The notes under the pieces were generated by a model that saw nothing but the letters and a program-made list of their open reading frames with translations, made no database searches and was not told where the DNA came from. Positions 16,298 to 26,583 of a stretch of 64,000 nucleotides of DNA are shown in pieces. Origin of the DNA: Bacillales bacterium UBA1427. GTDB taxonomy: Bacteria > Bacillota_I > Bacilli_A > ML615J-28 > CAG-313. A program made the position numbers and the translations under genes. Numbering within the stretch: position 1 is the stretch's first letter; the number at the start of each line of letters is the position of its first letter. The stretch spans positions 26,332-90,331 of the forward strand of contig DCTZ01000005.1 in the NCBI GenBank assembly GCA_002329485.1, written 5' to 3'.

Positions 16298-16848
16298 TAA
16301 TTGTCGGACTAGGTAATCCGGGCAAGGAATATGCCCAAACCCGCCACAATGTCGGTTTTATGTTTGTAGACAGGATTGCCGAATATTATAATTGGACTTT
16401 TAAACTGGAAAAGAAATTCCAAAGTTTCGTCGCCGGCGGTAATTTAAACGGCGAAAAAGTTATTTTGATCAAACCGATTACATATATGAACAATTCGGGC
16501 CTCGCCGTAAGAAGCGTGATGGATTATCAGAAAGTTTCCGTAAACGATATTTTGGTCGTCTATGACGATATGGATTTGCCACTTTCGACGGTCCGAATCC
16601 GCTTAAGCGGTTCGAGCGGGGGCCACAAAGGCATGAAATCGGTCATCGAACACCTGGGAACGGATGAAATCAAACGCCTCCGCATCGGCATCGGCCACGC
16701 AGAAAGCGATGTAATCGATTATGTTCTGACTCCTTTTTCCAAAACGGAGTTTCAGCAGATGAAAACCGTTTTGGACAAGGCTCCTTACATCATTGCAGAC
16801 TATTTGGAAAAAGGAATAGATTATGTAATGAACAATTATAATGGATAG
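16294..16848 (+). CDS. pth: Peptidyl-tRNA hydrolase
   Basis: [22 protein letters not shown]...YMNNSG...GHKGMKS. Its start overlaps the folD stop (ATGA). Confidence 0.95.
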   Translation: [184 protein letters not shown]

Positions 16849-16854
16849 TGAATT

Positions 16855-19800
16855 ATGCTTAACTATATATATCAACAAAATAAATACAAAAAACTTGTAG
16901 ACGAAATCGTGAAAATCGAAGGTACTGCCAAAAGTACCTCTTTTTGCGTTGGCATCGATAACGCAACGGACAACGCCCTGTTGTTTTTGCTTGCGAAGCT
17001 TTTTAAGGAAACCGACAAGACTTTGGTCTATGTTTTGCCCACTATTTACGATGCCACCAAAAACTACGAACGGCTGATGAATATTCTTTCGCCTGACGAA
17101 GTCTGTTTTTTTCCGGGCGAAGAACCGATTGCAAGCGTTTTGGTCGCCAGTTCCAACACCTACCGTTTGGCGCGGATGGCTACCATCGAAGCGATTTTGG
17201 AACAAAGCCCGCGCATAATCGTAACCAACACCGAAGGCATCACCAGAAATCTGATGTCCAAAGAGCGGCTGCTTTCGGCTCTTTTGCATTTTAAAAAGAA
17301 CGAAACCGTCCCCCGGGACGAACTGATCGAAGATTTGATTACCCGTGGCTACAAAAAGACAGCAATCACCGAATCGCCCGGAACGTTCAGCGTGAGGGGA
17401 AGCGTCATAGATATATATGGGGTGAATTTGGCGGAACCAGTTCGGCTCAGTTTTTTTGACGACGAAATCGAATCGATCAGATATTTCTCCGTCGAAACTC
17501 AAAAAAGCACGAGATCAACCGACAAAGTAACGATTTATCCGCTTTACGAAATGTATTACAAACCCGACGAACTGGACAAAATAATTGCGCGCGTTTTGGA
17601 AAAGAATCCTTTGAACGAAAAAATCACCCAGGACATCGAATCGCTGAAAGCATTCCAAAACCTGGATCAGCTATATATCTATCTTCCTTACATCGACCAA
17701 AACTACGAGCGGTTTTTGGATGCGATCGATCAGAAAATAGTCGTGTACAACGATTTTTCGCGTATCCTTGACAAAGAACAGTTGAACATTCTGGAAACCA
17801 GCGACTATTTTACCAAAGTCGATTTTGTGGGGGACGAAAAATTCTACGAATCGGTCAAGGACACAATTCCTTTAACCGGCCTGGTTATGTTCGTAAGCAG
17901 CCACTCGGTGTATATCGAAGGCATTTCTTTGCATAAAAAGTGGGATCTGAAAACCACCAACAATTACGATTACAACAACAACCTCAAACATTTGATCGAA
18001 GACATTCGATTGAACAAAGGAAAAACATATATAATCACCAGTCTGAACGAACGCAGGCAGGAAGCCTTGGCGGATTTGCTTTTTACAAACGGCATACCGT
18101 TTAAGGTAATCGACCGGATGACAGATTTTCGGGAAAAAACGGTCAATCTGACGGTCAACGAACAGGCTTACGGTTTCATCGATTACGAATTAAATATCGA
18201 AATCATTACCCCGAACGAAATGGCCAAGGGTACTATTCCCCCTTCGAAAAAAATGCAGGCCATTTACAAAGAAACCGTCAAGATTTATTCCAAAGAAGAT
18301 ATCTTGATCGGCGACTACGTCGTCCATCCCGACTACGGAATCGGCAAATACCAGGGCATCAAATCGGTCAAACTGAAAGATGTCGTGAACGATTACGTGC
18401 TTGTGGAGTATGCGGAAGACAATAAGCTGTATATTCCGGTCGAAAACATTTCGGTTTTGGAAAAGTACGTGGGAACCAAAGACGTTCAGCCGAAATTAAG
18501 CAAATTCGGAAGCAAGGAATGGGAAAAGAAAAAGGCGAAGATTAAAGAAAAAGTCAACGAAATCGCCAAAATGCTGGTCAAAACCCAGGCCCAAAGAGAA
18601 CTTATGAAAGGCTACCGGTATCCGCCCGATTCCGAGGAACAGTTGCAGTTCGAACGCGATTTCGGCTTTATCGAAACCGAAGGTCAGTTAAAAGCGATTG
18701 CCGACCTCAAGAAAGACCTGGAAGGTCCGCGTCCGGTGGACCGGCTTCTTTGCGGGGACGTCGGATACGGAAAAACGGAAGTCGCGATGCGCGGCGCTTT
18801 CAAGGTTGTGGAAGCGGGAAAACAGGTCGCATACCTTGCCCCGACAACCGTCCTTGCCCGCCAGCATTATCTGACCTTTAAAGAAAGATTCGAAAAATAC
18901 GGGGTGCGGGTGGAACTACTGAGCCGCTTCGTCGATTCCCATGCCATCAAAACCACCCTGGATGGATTGAGAAACGGTTATGTCGATATTGTCATCGGAA
19001 CGCACCGGTTGCTTTCGGATGATGTCAAATTCAAAGATTTGGGTTTGCTTATCATCGACGAGGAACACCGTTTCGGCGTCGAACACAAAGAAAGAATCAA
19101 AGCGATGAAAGCGAACGTGGACGTGTTGTCCCTAAGCGCAACCCCGATTCCGAGGACTCTCCAGATGGCCTTAACGGGTTTAAGGGATTTGAGTTTGATC
19201 GAGACACCGCCGTTTAACCGTCTGAGCGTCCAGACATATGTGCTTGAAACGAACGATTCGGTTATCCGGGAAGCAATCCGCAGAGAACTCGGCCGGGGCG
19301 GACAGGTGTTTTATCTTCTAAACCGAATCAGCCAACTTAGTCTGATTGAAAGAAAACTCAAACGCCTGGTTCCGGAAGCCCATTTCACCATCATTCACGG
19401 GAAGATGTCCAAAGACCAAATCGAAGAAGCCATCAACGACTTCATCGACCGCAGATACGATATTCTGATTTGCACAACCATCATCGAAACCGGAATCGAT
19501 ATTCCGAACGCCAACACCATTATTATTGAAAAGGCGGATATCCTGGGTCTTGCCCAGCTGTATCAGATTAGAGGACGGGTCGGAAGGAGCGACCGAATCG
19601 CCTATGCTTATCTCATGTACGACAAAGGACGCATTCTGACCGAAAGTGCCCAGAAAAGACTCGATACCATCAAAGAATTCACGGCTTTGGGCAGCGGCTA
19701 CAAAATCGCGATGCGCGACCTTTCGATTCGGGGCGCGGGCGATATTCTGGGCAGCGAACAGTCGGGATTTATCGATGCGGTGGGAATTGAACTATATCTA

Positions 19801-20310
19801 AAAATGCTGAACGAAGCCATTCAGGAAGAAAAAGGCCTTATCGTTCCGGAAGACAAAAAACAGTTTGACGTGCGGATTTCCAAACATATCAGCGAAAATT
19901 ACGTAGACGACGATATCGTCCGAATCGAAATGCACAAGTCGATCAATAAAATCAAAAGCCGGGAAGAAGCGGAAAACATCAGAAGAGAGTTTGCAGACAG
20001 ATACGGCCAGATTACTTCGGAAATCGATCTGTATATCGAAGGCAAATATCTCACCTTCCTGTTGAAATCCAAAGGCGTCGCCGCTTTCAAAGAATCCGAA
20101 AAAACGGTGGAATTCCATTTCGACAAAGACAAATCCAATCAGATTACCTATAAAGATCTGCAGCGTCTGAACAATCTCACCGATTTAAAACTTGAATTCA
20201 ATTACAAGTATTATCAGATATATATAACGATTTACCTGACCGAAGAAAACAAAAACGTCGGCAAAAGCAACTACATTTATCAGCTCACAAAACTGCTCGA
20301 AAATGTGTAA
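16855..20310 (+). CDS. mfd: Transcription-repair coupling factor
   Basis: 1151 aa. UvrB-like N-terminus, RNAP-interaction domain (GDYVVHPDYGIGKYQG), and superfamily-2 helicase motifs (GDVGYGKTEVA, DEEHRFG, TATPIPRT, QLYQIRGRVGRS). Confidence 0.95.
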   Translation: MLNYIYQQNKYKKLVDEIVKIEGTAKSTSFCVGIDNATDNALLFLLAKLFKETDKTLVYVLPTIYDATKNYERLMNILSPDEVCFFPGEEPIASVLVASSNTYRLARMATIEAILEQSPRIIVTNTEGITRNLMSKERLLSALLHFKKNETVPRDELIEDLITRGYKKTAITESPGTFSVRGSVIDIYGVNLAEPVRLSFFDDEIESIRYFSVETQKSTRSTDKVTIYPLYEMYYKPDELDKIIARVLEKNPLNEKITQDIESLKAFQNLDQLYIYLPYIDQNYERFLDAIDQKIVVYNDFSRILDKEQLNILETSDYFTKVDFVGDEKFYESVKDTIPLTGLVMFVSSHSVYIEGISLHKKWDLKTTNNYDYNNNLKHLIEDIRLNKGKTYIITSLNERRQEALADLLFTNGIPFKVIDRMTDFREKTVNLTVNEQAYGFIDYELNIEIITPNEMAKGTIPPSKKMQAIYKETVKIYSKEDILIGDYVVHPDYGIGKYQGIKSVKLKDVVNDYVLVEYAEDNKLYIPVENISVLEKYVGTKDVQPKLSKFGSKEWEKKKAKIKEKVNEIAKMLVKTQAQRELMKGYRYPPDSEEQLQFERDFGFIETEGQLKAIADLKKDLEGPRPVDRLLCGDVGYGKTEVAMRGAFKVVEAGKQVAYLAPTTVLARQHYLTFKERFEKYGVRVELLSRFVDSHAIKTTLDGLRNGYVDIVIGTHRLLSDDVKFKDLGLLIIDEEHRFGVEHKERIKAMKANVDVLSLSATPIPRTLQMALTGLRDLSLIETPPFNRLSVQTYVLETNDSVIREAIRRELGRGGQVFYLLNRISQLSLIERKLKRLVPEAHFTIIHGKMSKDQIEEAINDFIDRRYDILICTTIIETGIDIPNANTIIIEKADILGLAQLYQIRGRVGRSDRIAYAYLMYDKGRILTESAQKRLDTIKEFTALGSGYKIAMRDLSIRGAGDILGSEQSGFIDAVGIELYLKMLNEAIQEEKGLIVPEDKKQFDVRISKHISENYVDDDIVRIEMHKSINKIKSREEAENIRREFADRYGQITSEIDLYIEGKYLTFLLKSKGVAAFKESEKTVEFHFDKDKSNQITYKDLQRLNNLTDLKLEFNYKYYQIYITIYLTEENKNVGKSNYIYQLTKLLENV

Positions 20311-20326
20311 ATAAAGAAAAAACGGT

Positions 20327-20356
20327 GTATATACGCTTATCTTTTTTGTCATAATA
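20327..20356 (+). promoter_or_regulatory. Candidate forespore (sigma-G/F-type) promoter for spoVT
   Basis: GTATA (20327-20331), 18 nt, CATAATA (20350-20356), compared with consensus GHATR-17/18-CATxHTA. About 27 nt upstream of the spoVT start. Confidence 0.45.
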
Positions 20357-20382
20357 ATGGTAGAATTTGTGAGGTGAAAGTT

Positions 20383-20913
20383 GTGAAAGCAACAGGGGTA
20401 GTTAGACGAATCGATGATCTGGGGAGAATTGTGATACCGAAAGAATTGCGACGGACCATGAGAATCAAGGAAGGCGATTCGCTGGAAATCTTCATCGAAG
20501 GAAGCGATCGCATCATCTTAAAGAAGTATTCTCCGGTTCAGAACGTCAACGAATTTATCGTTGAATTTGTCGAAAGTATATATAACTCCAATCATCGCGA
20601 CATTATTATCACCGACAACGAACGGGTTACCGCCGTCGCCGGCTCCGTCAAAAAAGACATCGTCGGTAAAAAAATCTCCGCGCGGTTGGAAGACCGCATC
20701 GCCAAAAGAACAACCCAAATCCTGGAACGCGGCGAAGGAATGGAAATTTGCGAAAATTACGAAACCAAAAAAGCCGCGGTCATCAAACCGATCAACGTCT
20801 TCGGCGATATCCTCGGTTGTGTAATCGTCATGGCCGAAAACGACGTGACGGATGTCGAAAAGTCGCTGGCGGAATTCAGCGGTGTTTTCATGAGCAGGTA
20901 CCTGGAAGGGTAG
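20383..20913 (+). CDS. spoVT: Stage V sporulation protein T (AbrB-family regulator)
   Basis: (M)KATGVVRRIDDLGRIVIPKELRRTMRIKEGDSLEIF is a SpoVT/AbrB swapped-hairpin N-domain, followed by a GAF-like C-domain. It lies downstream of mfd as in Bacillus. The GTG at 20383 is 6 nt after GAGGTG. Confidence 0.88.
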   Translation: MKATGVVRRIDDLGRIVIPKELRRTMRIKEGDSLEIFIEGSDRIILKKYSPVQNVNEFIVEFVESIYNSNHRDIIITDNERVTAVAGSVKKDIVGKKISARLEDRIAKRTTQILERGEGMEICENYETKKAAVIKPINVFGDILGCVIVMAENDVTDVEKSLAEFSGVFMSRYLEG

Positions 20914-20925
20914 TTATTGACAGTA

Positions 20926-20981
20926 AAAAAAGACAGTTAGGGGAAAAACGCTAAACTTTTCCGGACTGTCTTTTTCTTTTT
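20926..20981 (+). terminator. Rho-independent terminator after spoVT
   Basis: AAAAAGACAGT (20926-20937) pairs with ACTGTCTTTTT (20965-20975). An inner GGAAAA/TTTTCC pairing extends the stem. A T-run follows. Confidence 0.65.
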
Positions 20982-21014
20982 GTTCTAAAAATGCGAATAA
21001 ATAATATTCTTTCT

Positions 21015-21043
21015 TTGAAAAAATGTTTGCCTTATGGTATACT
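21015..21043 (+). promoter_or_regulatory. Sigma-A promoter for degV-fba
   Basis: TTGAAA (21015-21020), 17 nt including an extended TG, TATACT (21038-21043). Confidence 0.6.
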
Positions 21044-21061
21044 TAATAATTGGAGGTTTTT

Positions 21062-21925
21062 ATGAAAATAGCAATAATGACTGATGTTAATGCCGGACTT
21101 GATTACGTTGGTTACGATACCGGAATCACCGTATTGCGTTCGACAGTAAATTTCAAAAACGAAGTCTTGGTTGACGGCATTGATATAAAAGCTGATGAAT
21201 TTTATCGAAGAATTTCCCAAATTACCAATGCGTCCGATATTCCGTCCACAAGCGCCCCGTCTTTGGGCGATATATATGATGCCATCGATAATTTTATCGA
21301 GCAGGGTTATACGGACGTTATCCATTTTCCGATTTCGTTTCAACTAAGTGCCACCGGCCCGACCGTGCAGCAGGTTGCCAAAGAGTATCACGGACGGATC
21401 AGAATCCATGTCATCGATACCAAACTTGCCGCATACCTGCAAGGCTATTTGGCCGTTAATGCCAAACAGATGGCCGAAAACGGCGCAACCGTGGAAGAAA
21501 TTATTGAACGGAGCGAATTTTTAATCAACCATTCGAAAGCCTATTTCGTGGTCGACGACTTGAGTTATCTTGTGAAAAACGGCCGTTTGAGCAATGCGGC
21601 GGGATTCCTTGCCGGTTTGCTCAGAATCAAACCGGTATTGGAAATCACAAGTGACGGACGGATTGTCACCAAAGAAAAAATCAAAGTTTACAAATATGCG
21701 GTGGATCGCGCCCTTGAACTGATGTTCGAGTTTTTGAAAGACAAAACCAATGTCAAAGTTTTTTTGTTTCATTCTTTGCGGGAAGACATCGTCAAAAAGA
21801 TGCTTGAACGCATCAACGAAGTCCGCCCGGACATTCAGGGTATCGAAATTCACTACATTACACCAGCGGTCGGCGCTCACATCGGTGCGGGCGTTGTCGG
21901 TATCGGAGCATTTTTATTAGAATAG
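21062..21925 (+). CDS. DegV-family fatty-acid-binding protein
   Basis: [13 protein letters not shown]...[10 protein letters not shown]...[17 protein letters not shown]...[19 protein letters not shown] lies upstream of the ATG at 21062. Confidence 0.88.
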   Translation: MKIAIMTDVNAGLDYVGYDTGITVLRSTVNFKNEVLVDGIDIKADEFYRRISQITNASDIPSTSAPSLGDIYDAIDNFIEQGYTDVIHFPISFQLSATGPTVQQVAKEYHGRIRIHVIDTKLAAYLQGYLAVNAKQMAENGATVEEIIERSEFLINHSKAYFVVDDLSYLVKNGRLSNAAGFLAGLLRIKPVLEITSDGRIVTKEKIKVYKYAVDRALELMFEFLKDKTNVKVFLFHSLREDIVKKMLERINEVRPDIQGIEIHYITPAVGAHIGAGVVGIGAFLLE

Positions 21926-21944
21926 AAAGTTGAGGAAGATATAT

Positions 21945-22799
21945 ATGCCACTTGTAAATATGACGAATATGTTAAAAAAGGCCAAAGAAGGAAAATACGC
22001 GGTCGGCCAATTCAATATCAACAATCTGGAATGGACGAAATCCATTTTGACCGTGGCGCAGGCCACCAACTCGCCGGTCATTTTGGGGGTATCCGAAGGA
22101 GCCGCCAAATACATGGGCGGATTTTACACGGCTGTAATGTTGGTTAAAGGATTGATGCACGATCTCGGAATTACCGTCGATGTCGCCATCCATCTGGACC
22201 ATGGTTCATCGGTGGAAAAATGCATTCAGGCAATCGATGCGGGCTTTACATCCGTTATGATTGATGCATCCCACTATCCGCTTGAAACCAATATCGAAAT
22301 GACCAAAAAAGTCGTGGAATACGCTCATGCGCGCGGCGTAAGCGTCGAAGCGGAACTCGGAACCGTCGGCGGTCAGGAAGAGCACGTCGAAGGTTCGATC
22401 AAATACGCGGATAAAGACGAATGCGTCCGTTTGGTCAAAGAAACCGGCATCGATGCATTGGCTCCCGCTTTAGGAAGTGTGCACGGCCCTTATCACGGCG
22501 AACCGGTTTTGGGCTTTAAGGAAATGAAAGAAATCCAGGAAGCCACAAATATGCCGCTGGTGCTTCACGGCGGAACCGGAATTCCGGACGATATGATTCA
22601 AAAAGCCATTGTCTGCGGAACCTGCAAAATCAACGTCAATACGGAATGCCAGATGGCCTTCAGCAAGATTTTAAGAGAAGTGCTCGCAAACGACCAAAAA
22701 GTCTACGACCCGAGAAAGATTATCGGTCCCGCTTCCAAGGGTATCGAAAACGCAGTCAGAGAAAAAATCGCCGTTTTCGGAACGGCCGACAAAAACTAA
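21945..22799 (+). CDS. fba: Class II fructose-1,6-bisphosphate aldolase
   Basis: [30 protein letters not shown]...HLDHG...GSVHGPY...LVLHGGTG. Confidence 0.93.
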   Translation: MPLVNMTNMLKKAKEGKYAVGQFNINNLEWTKSILTVAQATNSPVILGVSEGAAKYMGGFYTAVMLVKGLMHDLGITVDVAIHLDHGSSVEKCIQAIDAGFTSVMIDASHYPLETNIEMTKKVVEYAHARGVSVEAELGTVGGQEEHVEGSIKYADKDECVRLVKETGIDALAPALGSVHGPYHGEPVLGFKEMKEIQEATNMPLVLHGGTGIPDDMIQKAIVCGTCKINVNTECQMAFSKILREVLANDQKVYDPRKIIGPASKGIENAVREKIAVFGTADKN

Positions 22800-22807
22800 G
22801 ATAAATT

Positions 22808-22852
22808 AACCAGAATAGCCGAAACCGGATTTATTCTGGTTTCTTATTTTTT
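22808..22852 (+). terminator. Rho-independent terminator after fba
   Basis: AACCAGAATA (22808-22817) pairs with TATTCTGGTT (22832-22841). It is followed by TCTTATTTTTT. Confidence 0.7.
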
Positions 22853-22907
22853 ACAACAAAACCCGGCCATTCTTTGGTATAATATATATGTGCTAGGAGG
22901 AATCCAA

Positions 22908-24107
22908 ATGATTTCTTTAAAGAAAATAGTAAAAGCCCAAACGGCGATTGCTCCTTATATTCAGACGACATCTTTGGTCAGAGTGGATTATCTGAGCGAA
23001 CTTACCCAAATGAACGTCTTTCTGAAACTGGAAAACATGCAATACACGGGCTCCTTTAAATTAAGAGGTGCCATGAACAAGATTGCGCAGCTTACTCCCG
23101 AAGAAAAAGCGAAAGGGGTTGTCGCCGCAAGCGCCGGCAACCATGCCCAAGGGGTGGCAAGAAGCGCCAAAATCTTCGGCGTGAAAGCCACGATTGTCAT
23201 GCCGACGGTTACGCCGATTATCAAAGTCAAAGCAACAAGAGACTATGGGGCCGAAGTAATACTTTACGGCGACAATTACGACGAAGCCTGTAAGAAAGCA
23301 AAGGAAATCTGCGAAGAGCGGGGTGCGGTATTTGTTCATCCGTTCAACGACGAAGCGGTTATCTGCGGGCAGGGCACCATCGGTTTGGAAATAATGACCC
23401 AGCTAAGAAATATTGATGCGGTTGTCGTGCCGGTCGGGGGAGGCGGTTTGATTTCCGGCGTCGCCAAAGCGGTAAAAAGCCTTAATCCGAACGTTTCGGT
23501 CATCGGCGTCGAAGCCGCCAACGCTCCGTGCGTCAAAGAATCGATGGAAGCGGGCCGAATTCTTACGGTCTGTTGTACGCCGACCATCGCCGAAGGGATT
23601 GCGGTGGCATGTCCGGGGGACATTACCTTCGGTTTGATTCAGGAATATGTCGACGATATTGTGGCCGTCGAGGAAGACGAAATCGCAAGCGCAATACTTT
23701 CCCTTTTGGAAAAACAGAAAATCGTTGCCGAGGGAAGCGGCGCCACGCCGGTTGCGGCTCTTTTGAACCATAAACTTGATTATCTGAAAGGCAAAAACGT
23801 GGTTTGTATTATCAGCGGCGGCAATATCGACATCAATATGGTAGAAACAATCATCAACAGCGGTTTATTAAAAGACGGCAGAAGGTTCAATCTGCAGGTC
23901 AAACTGAAACATAAAGCCGGGGAATTGCAAAAACTTCTTTCCTTAATATCCAAAGTGGGAGGAAACATCTTGACCATCGAACAGACTAGGTACGTCAATC
24001 AGCTTGATTTGACCGAACAGTTTGTTTACCTGGTAATCGAAGCTTACGATGAGGACCACAAGGAACGGATTTTATCCGAACTGAGAAACCATAATTATGC
24101 GGTATAG
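22908..24107 (+). CDS. ilvA: Threonine ammonia-lyase (PLP-dependent threonine dehydratase, single ACT-like C-domain)
   Basis: NMQYTGSFKLRGAMNKI (PLP Lys), ASAGNHAQGVA, PVGGGGLISG. C-terminal regulatory domain of about 75 aa. AGGAGG lies upstream of the ATG at 22908. Confidence 0.88.
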   Translation: MISLKKIVKAQTAIAPYIQTTSLVRVDYLSELTQMNVFLKLENMQYTGSFKLRGAMNKIAQLTPEEKAKGVVAASAGNHAQGVARSAKIFGVKATIVMPTVTPIIKVKATRDYGAEVILYGDNYDEACKKAKEICEERGAVFVHPFNDEAVICGQGTIGLEIMTQLRNIDAVVVPVGGGGLISGVAKAVKSLNPNVSVIGVEAANAPCVKESMEAGRILTVCCTPTIAEGIAVACPGDITFGLIQEYVDDIVAVEEDEIASAILSLLEKQKIVAEGSGATPVAALLNHKLDYLKGKNVVCIISGGNIDINMVETIINSGLLKDGRRFNLQVKLKHKAGELQKLLSLISKVGGNILTIEQTRYVNQLDLTEQFVYLVIEAYDEDHKERILSELRNHNYAV

Positions 24108-24110
24108 GGT

Positions 24111-24977
24111 ATGAAAATCGTAGCGGGACTGATTATAGACAAAAAGATCCTTTCGAAAGAAGCGATTGAAACCCAGGCAAAAGACATCGAAACATATATA
24201 TCCCACGTCGATAAGCTGGTTATTTTGAATACCACGGGCCACCAACTCACGGAATTTTTTAAAGCCATCAGCCGGCACCAAAACATCGAGTACAGCGACT
24301 GCGAAGACTACGGGCAGGTAAACAACTATACTTTGCTTTATCAGCACGCTATGCGGCTCGGGGCGGATTACGCGGTGGTGCTGGAACAGGGTTACTTTTA
24401 CGAAGAAGGCGCTTTTTTGGAAATGAAACGTTATTTGATCGAAGCCGAAGAAAAACCGTCGGTTCTTACGCCTTTGCCTTTATATACCTGTCTCGATAAA
24501 AAAGATACGACCGTTAAAGTAAGGCCGATAAAAGGATGCCGCCTGACGGGTGCTTTCTTGAATCTTGCGTATTTCCGGGAATCGAAAGGGTTTGTCAAGG
24601 AATATTACCAAACCACGTTTGATTACGATTACTGTATCTCGGAACGGCTTAAAAAGCACCAGGTGCTTCTCATGCCGAACCAAATCCTTCGCAATCGCAA
24701 CTTCACCCCAATCGAAAAACGGGTTTTCGGGATTTTCAAGAAAAGTTCGTTTGACTGGGATCTGCTGGACGTTTACTACGAAACCAGGAACCGTTTGTAT
24801 CTGTGGAAAAAGTACGAAAGTCTGGACCCGGAATACGTCAGACTCGACAAGAAACAGTTCAAAAAAGAAAAACGCGAAATGCGTTTGGGCGATCCCAACT
24901 ACAAGGATAAGCTGGTTATGATGCTGCAGGCCAAAGAAGACTATTCCCACGGCAGAATGGGAAAGGTCCAATATTAG
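24111..24977 (+). CDS. Hypothetical protein, GT-A (family-2 glycosyltransferase)-like N-domain with degenerate DxD
   Basis: 288 aa. Starts 3 nt after the ilvA stop. LVILNTTG...GQVNNYTLLYQHAMRLGADYAVVLEQG resembles the GT2 nucleotide-binding region, but has EQG where DxD is expected. Lys-rich C-terminus. Confidence 0.35.
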   Translation: MKIVAGLIIDKKILSKEAIETQAKDIETYISHVDKLVILNTTGHQLTEFFKAISRHQNIEYSDCEDYGQVNNYTLLYQHAMRLGADYAVVLEQGYFYEEGAFLEMKRYLIEAEEKPSVLTPLPLYTCLDKKDTTVKVRPIKGCRLTGAFLNLAYFRESKGFVKEYYQTTFDYDYCISERLKKHQVLLMPNQILRNRNFTPIEKRVFGIFKKSSFDWDLLDVYYETRNRLYLWKKYESLDPEYVRLDKKQFKKEKREMRLGDPNYKDKLVMMLQAKEDYSHGRMGKVQY

Positions 24978-25084
24978 GAATATATATAAGACACCCTTTT
25001 TTTACGAGGGGTGTTTTTTGATATATAAAAAAGTATCAAATTTTTCCTTTTTGGGGAAAATATAACATTAAGGAGGTGACGCTT

Positions 25085-25345
25085 GTGAAAAAGCAAAATG
25101 CCGATTTGGTGGGTCTTTTATCTTTTGTCGGTCTGATATTGGCGACTTTGTTTTATTTGTTCTCGGTTTTTGACGGAAGATTTTTGGTCTTATACAACAT
25201 CAGTTACATATGTCTTTTGATTGTGGTGTTTTATACCGCCTGGGAATTTGTCGGAAAAAGGCACAAAGTCTGGCGCATCGTTTATTATGCGATTGTTCTT
25301 TTGATGGTATTGGGTTTTGTGTTCGGTTCTTTCGATATACTTTAA
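25085..25345 (+). CDS. Small hypothetical membrane protein (3 predicted TM segments)
   Basis: The GTG at 25085 is 8 nt after AGGAGG (25071-25076). 86 aa, hydrophobic (LLSFVGLILATLFYLF; ICLLIVVFYTAW; AIVLLMVLGFVFG). Confidence 0.55.
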   Translation: MKKQNADLVGLLSFVGLILATLFYLFSVFDGRFLVLYNISYICLLIVVFYTAWEFVGKRHKVWRIVYYAIVLLMVLGFVFGSFDIL

Positions 25346-25427
25346 AAGCACCGTTTCGCAAATAACAAGCCTAAATTTTGGATTATTGAAAAAAGTAAAA
25401 AAATGCGGATTTTAATTACCATATCGC

Positions 25428-25456
25428 TTGCATTGTTTTAGCAAAAAGTGTATAAT
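25428..25456 (+). promoter_or_regulatory. Sigma-A promoter of the S10-spc-alpha ribosomal protein cluster
   Basis: TTGCAT (25428-25433), 17 nt, TATAAT (25451-25456). A leader of about 120 nt follows before rpsJ. Confidence 0.7.
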
Positions 25457-25581
25457 AGCACAGGCTAAAAAAAGGCGATGATATGCAAGGTTGCTGATAC
25501 ACACGGAAGAGTTGCCATGATGTGGATCAGGGAATTTGCATGGAGTCAAAAAGCTTTTATCAAAAAGTGAAGGAGGCTAAT

Positions 25582-25890
25582 ATGGCAAAAGAAAGAAAAT
25601 TAAGAATCAGATTATTATCTTATGATCACAGATTGTTGGATGAATCTGCAAAGAAGATCGTGGAAACGGCTAAAAGAACCGGAGCAACCGTTGCCGGTCC
25701 TATTCCGCTCCCGACAGACAAGGAAGTATTTACGATTATCCGTTCACCGCACAAACACAAAGACAGCCGTGAACAATTTGAACGTCGGACCCACAAACGT
25801 TTAATCGATATCGTCAATATCAATCCTAAAACTATGGATGCGCTAGTTCATTTGGAATTGCCATCCGGTGTCGAAATCGTTTTGAAATAA
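25582..25890 (+). CDS. rpsJ: 30S ribosomal protein S10
   Basis: [35 protein letters not shown]... AAGGAGG lies upstream of the ATG at 25582. The N-terminal extension in the track ORF is rejected. Confidence 0.97.
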   Translation: MAKERKLRIRLLSYDHRLLDESAKKIVETAKRTGATVAGPIPLPTDKEVFTIIRSPHKHKDSREQFERRTHKRLIDIVNINPKTMDALVHLELPSGVEIVLK

Positions 25891-25911
25891 TGAGAAAATG
25901 GAGGTGTACTC

Positions 25912-26571
25912 ATGGCCAAAGGAATCTTAGGTAAGAAAATCGGAATGACACAAATTTTTTCTGAAACCGGCGAATTGATCCCGGTTACAGTGATTGACGT
26001 AACTCCGAACGTAGTATTACAGAAAAAGACAGTAGAAACTGATGGATACGAAGCTGTTCAATTGGGTTATTGCGACAAACCGGAACGTTTAGCAAATAAA
26101 CCGGAAAAAGGACATGCAGCCAAAGCTAATACTGCCCCTAAGCGCTTCGTTAAAGAAATCGCTGGGAAAGAAATGCTGGCGTTTGAAGTTGGACAAGAGG
26201 TAAAAGGAAACATCTTCTCCGTGGGTGAATTAGTGGATGTTACTGGAATCTCCAAGGGTAAAGGTTACCAAGGAGTCGTCAAAAGATATAATCATCACAT
26301 CGGACCTATGGCGCACGGTTCTGGATACCATCGCCAAATCGGTTCCATGGGAGATATCGGCGTATCGCGCGTTAAACCGGGCAAGAAAATGGCCGGACGC
26401 ATGGGCGGCGAAACCAAAACAATTCAAAATCTCGAATTTGTTAAGTATGATCCAGAAAATAATGTAGTTCTTATTAAGGGCAGCGTTCCTGGAGCCAAGA
26501 ACTCGTTCGTATTGATTACGAATGCGGTCAAAGCCGGAAATGCAGCGCTTAATCCAGAGAGCTTAGCATAG
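25912..26571 (+). CDS. rplC: 50S ribosomal protein L3
   Basis: [28 protein letters not shown]... Position in the S10 operon order. Confidence 0.97.
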   Translation: MAKGILGKKIGMTQIFSETGELIPVTVIDVTPNVVLQKKTVETDGYEAVQLGYCDKPERLANKPEKGHAAKANTAPKRFVKEIAGKEMLAFEVGQEVKGNIFSVGELVDVTGISKGKGYQGVVKRYNHHIGPMAHGSGYHRQIGSMGDIGVSRVKPGKKMAGRMGGETKTIQNLEFVKYDPENNVVLIKGSVPGAKNSFVLITNAVKAGNAALNPESLA

Positions 26572-26583
26572 GAGGAATAAGTC

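Noticed and set aside
25457-25581. A possible ribosomal-protein autoregulatory leader (L4/S10-type) between the S10 promoter and rpsJ.
   Set aside because: The leader length of about 120 nt is suggestive. However, I could not fold a convincing conserved structure by eye or match a known leader family. It is left unannotated.
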